NCBI GenBank assembly: GCA_964350645.1
Contig: CAYGJY010000001.1
Span: 274,621-324,647, forward strand
Direction of reading: 5' to 3'
Length of the DNA stretch: 50,027 nucleotides
DNA from: an uncultured Candidatus Saccharibacteria bacterium
GTDB taxonomy: Bacteria > Patescibacteriota > Minisyncoccia > Phycocordibacterales > UBA918
The notes under the pieces are model-generated. The model made no database searches. It was not told the DNA's origin and worked only from the letters and a program-made list of their open reading frames with translations. Made by a program: the position numbers and the translations under genes. Position 1 is the first letter of the stretch; each line of letters starts with the position of its first letter. This document shows positions 47,416-50,027 of the stretch, in pieces.

Positions 47416-47817
47416 CTAACGTTTCGACCACTGTGGTTTTCGACGTGCTTTGAGTAGCCCGAATTTCTTTCGTTCAACTGATCGTGGATCTCGCTTAAGA
47501 AAGCCAAGCGGCTTTAAAATGCTTCGTCGTGTTGCCTTTTCCTTTACAAGTGCACGTGCGATGCCAAGACGGATTGACTCAGCTTGTGATGACAGTCCCC
47601 CGCCACTTACTAGGGCGGTGATACTGTAATGCTCAATACCAGCTTCATCTGTACCGAGTACTGACTTCACGTCGTTTTGCAGGGCCACGTGAGGAAAGTA
47701 ATCTTCAAGAGATTTTTCATTAATAACAAAAGTCGTTTCTTTAGCAGGAGTTAAACGTACTCGAGCAGTAGCGGTTTTACGACGTCCAATTCCTTCAATG
47801 TATTTAGTGTCAGCCAT
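47416..47817 (-). CDS. rpsI: 30S ribosomal protein S9
   Basis: GRRKTATARV, GGG..SQAE, RDPR.VERKK.GL.KARR.PQWSKR. Confidence 0.98.
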   Translation of the reverse strand: MADTKYIEGIGRRKTATARVRLTPAKETTFVINEKSLEDYFPHVALQNDVKSVLGTDEAGIEHYSITALVSGGGLSSQAESIRLGIARALVKEKATRRSILKPLGFLKRDPRSVERKKFGLLKARRKPQWSKR

Positions 47818-47819
47818 AC

Positions 47820-48179
47820 TTACTCAGTTACGATTAAATTCTTCATTCGAACAGATTGTAGTTTGTTCTTCGGCAGCATGCCTTTGATTGTGCGACGAAC
47901 AACTTCTCCATATCCGAGACGCTTTCCAAGGTGTTCGAGAGTCTCTTCATTTCGTCCACCTGGATATCCAGAATATGACTGATAGATCTCTTTCTTCTTA
48001 CTATCAATGATGTCTAGCTTTGATGCATTCGTGATTGTTACGGTGACATCTGGAGCAATATTCTTAACAAATGCAGGTGTGTTTTTGCCGATTAGGTAGT
48101 TAGCAGCTTCAGTCGCTACTTTACCGAGGCGTTTACCGGCTGCATCGATGGTGTATTCAGTTGTAGTTGTAGTTGTCAT
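47820..48179 (-). CDS. rplM: 50S ribosomal protein L13 (short form)
   Basis: IDA.GK.LG, L.GK..P.F, SGYPGG, GMLPKNKL. Confidence 0.95.
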   Translation of the reverse strand: MTTTTTTEYTIDAAGKRLGKVATEAANYLIGKNTPAFVKNIAPDVTVTITNASKLDIIDSKKKEIYQSYSGYPGGRNEETLEHLGKRLGYGEVVRRTIKGMLPKNKLQSVRMKNLIVTE

Positions 48180-48181
48180 AT

Positions 48182-48535
48182 TTATACAAGTTCAATTACA
48201 GACTCATCTCTCCCAGCTGGAGTCTGACCCATCTTAATAATGCGAGTGTACCCTCCAGTGCGTTCTTTGTATTGCGGTGCAATTTCACCAAAGAGTTTCT
48301 TAAGAGTGGCCTCAGATGATGCACCAAGTTTTGAAGCAACGAGTCGTCGTGTCGCTACGGTGTCATCCTTTGCAGTGGTAATAAGCTTTTCTGCAAGTGG
48401 CCGCAGTTCTTTAGCTTTAGCAGTAGTAGTTTTAATTTTGCCTTCATTGAAGAGAGCGGCAACTAGACCACGAAGTAAAGCTGTACGCTGACTGCGTGTT
48501 CGGTTAAGTGTTCGGTTTTTTCGTGCGTGTTGCAT
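48182..48535 (-). CDS. rplQ: 50S ribosomal protein L17
   Basis: IKTT.AKAKELR..AEKLIT, R.GGYTRI.K. Confidence 0.97.
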   Translation of the reverse strand: MQHARKNRTLNRTRSQRTALLRGLVAALFNEGKIKTTTAKAKELRPLAEKLITTAKDDTVATRRLVASKLGASSEATLKKLFGEIAPQYKERTGGYTRIIKMGQTPAGRDESVIELV

Positions 48536-48536
48536 A

Positions 48537-49508
48537 TTATTCTGAGAGGGATACGTTTAGTCCCTTAAGGAGAGTGGCAATTTCATCGACACCTTTAGGT
48601 CCAATGCCATCGAGCGCTAGAATATCATCTTTTTTCTTTCGCACAAGCCCTCCGATTGTTCGGATATTCGCTTCCTCTAATGCCGCAAGAGTGCGCGCTG
48701 ACAAATCAAGGGTTTCGATTCGGGTCTTGAGGACGTCAGGGTCGACTTCAGGAGTAGTTGATGAATCATCAACTGACTCGGCAGCTTCTGCCACCGCGGA
48801 CTTTTCAGGATGGCTTTCTTGGAACCCGATGATGGCTTTAAGTTGGTGTACCATTACTTCAATTGAATTTTCAAGAGCTTCACGAGGAGTCATTGTTCCA
48901 TCTGTTTCGATTATCATTCGTAGTCGGTTGTAGTCAGTTCGGTCACCAACACGCATATTCTCGACTTCGTAGTTGGCGCGTCGGATTGGCGTAAAAACAG
49001 CATCAAGAGCGATAGTTCCAATGTCCACCTTTTCTTTTTGGTGTACTTCACGTGCAACATAACCAAGACCTTTTTCTACGGTGAATTCAATTTCAACTGC
49101 AGTACTTTTGGCGGTAATCTCACAGATTTTTTGTTCTGGACTGAGGATTTCAACTTGACTTGGTACGTCAATGTCGGCAGCAGTTACGATACCAACACCT
49201 GACTTCTTGAGCGTAATAGTGATTGCATCATCAGCATGTGAAACAAGACGAATTCGTTTAATATTGAGAAGAATTGTAATGACATCTTCTTTAACGCCAC
49301 TTATAGTGTCAAATTCGTGCTTAACACCGTCAATTTTTACATGTGTAATAGCTGCACCCGGTAGTGAAGAGAGGACGATTCGTCGGAGTGAATTACCGAG
49401 GGTGTGTCCGTAGCCTGGGTATAGTCCATCAATCTCGTAAATACCACGAAAATCTTCTTCGCTAACAACTCGTGGCTTTGATGGCAATGTTACATTGGTT
49501 TCTAACAT
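48537..49508 (-). CDS. rpoA: RNA polymerase subunit alpha
   Basis: GYGHTLGNSLRR, HEF.TI.GVKED, alpha-CTD. Confidence 0.98.
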   Translation of the reverse strand: MLETNVTLPSKPRVVSEEDFRGIYEIDGLYPGYGHTLGNSLRRIVLSSLPGAAITHVKIDGVKHEFDTISGVKEDVITILLNIKRIRLVSHADDAITITLKKSGVGIVTAADIDVPSQVEILSPEQKICEITAKSTAVEIEFTVEKGLGYVAREVHQKEKVDIGTIALDAVFTPIRRANYEVENMRVGDRTDYNRLRMIIETDGTMTPREALENSIEVMVHQLKAIIGFQESHPEKSAVAEAAESVDDSSTTPEVDPDVLKTRIETLDLSARTLAALEEANIRTIGGLVRKKKDDILALDGIGPKGVDEIATLLKGLNVSLSE

Positions 49509-49535
49509 AATGATTTGTTATTAGGACTAAAACTA

Positions 49536-50027
49536 CTAACGACTGTAATATTCGAGGACTTGTTCAGGGTCAAACAATGTTTCTGATGGTTCGTAGGTCG
49601 GTAATGCAGTCATCTTCCCTTCTAACTTCTTAGCATCCATTGCTAGCCAAGAAGGCACGGCAACAGCTTCGTGTTTTTCAGCAAAATTCTCAAATAGTAC
49701 TGAAGATTTACTTCCTTCACGAATAGTGATTATGTCACCAATTTTTACTTGGTGAGATGGAATAGTCATCTTCTTGCCGTTTACTAGCAAGTGCCCGTGT
49801 GAGGCCATTTGGCGAGCGGCTTGTCGAGTTTTTGCAAGACCGAGTCGATATGCAACATTGTCAAGACGAGTCTCAAGTCTAACAAAAAGCAAAGCGATAG
49901 GTTGGTGACTCTTACTAACTGATTCATCAACATAGCGGCGAAGTTGTTTTTCTGAGATACCGTATGAAAAACGCATTTTCTGCTTCTCAATCAGTTGTTT
50001 TTTGTAGTCACTCATCTGGCCAGGACG
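49536..50027 (-). CDS. rpsD: 30S ribosomal protein S4 (5' truncated by window end)
   Basis: SDY..QL.EKQK, LETRLDN, ARQ..SHGH, EYYSR. Confidence 0.97.
   Translation of the reverse strand, partial: RPGQMSDYKKQLIEKQKMRFSYGISEKQLRRYVDESVSKSHQPIALLFVRLETRLDNVAYRLGLAKTRQAARQMASHGHLLVNGKKMTIPSHQVKIGDIITIREGSKSSVLFENFAEKHEAVAVPSWLAMDAKKLEGKMTALPTYEPSETLFDPEQVLEYYSR

Noticed and set aside
58-49990. Many short antisense or alternative-frame ORFs in the six-frame track
   Set aside because: They overlap well-supported genes and have no motifs or start signals; treated as shadow ORFs.
1-50027. CRISPR arrays, tRNA/rRNA genes, IS elements, prophage and defence genes
   Set aside because: No repeat-spacer arrays, cloverleafs, transposases, integrases or phage structural motifs seen by eye; tRNAscan-SE and DefenseFinder would confirm.

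Overview
A gene-dense housekeeping region, standard genetic code, from a streamlined bacterium. It is most likely Patescibacteria/CPR (Parcubacteria-like); this is inferred from the archaeal-type AspRS, unlinked rplU and rpmA, short L13 and scarce Shine-Dalgarno sites. It carries replication/repair genes (dnaB, recR, rmuC, ung, scpAB), four aminoacyl-tRNA synthetases (cysS, gltX, aspS, trpS), ribosomal genes (rplU, rplI, rpmA, rpsD-rpoA-rplQ-rplM-rpsI), grpE-dnaK-dnaJ, peptidoglycan genes (mraY, ftsW, murG, murI, S11 and M23 peptidases) and a full oxidative pentose-phosphate operon (zwf-gnd-pgl). I found no rRNA, tRNA, CRISPR array or transposase. The best non-coding signals are: (1) a miniature ~145-nt T-box riboswitch upstream of aspS, with a K-turn, an ultrashort Stem I carrying an Asp GAC specifier, and no Stem II; (2) a structured leader plus apparent non-canonical start on a lytic-transglycosylase-like gene; (3) a possible orphan structured RNA between rpsI and grpE; (4) a 12-bp-periodic DnaA-box array that is probably not oriC; (5) widespread leaderless promoters. 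An AT-rich EamA / Cys-rich protein / unknown protein / 7TM histidine kinase cassette may be a signalling module. All calls come from reading motifs by eye; no searches or folding programs were run.
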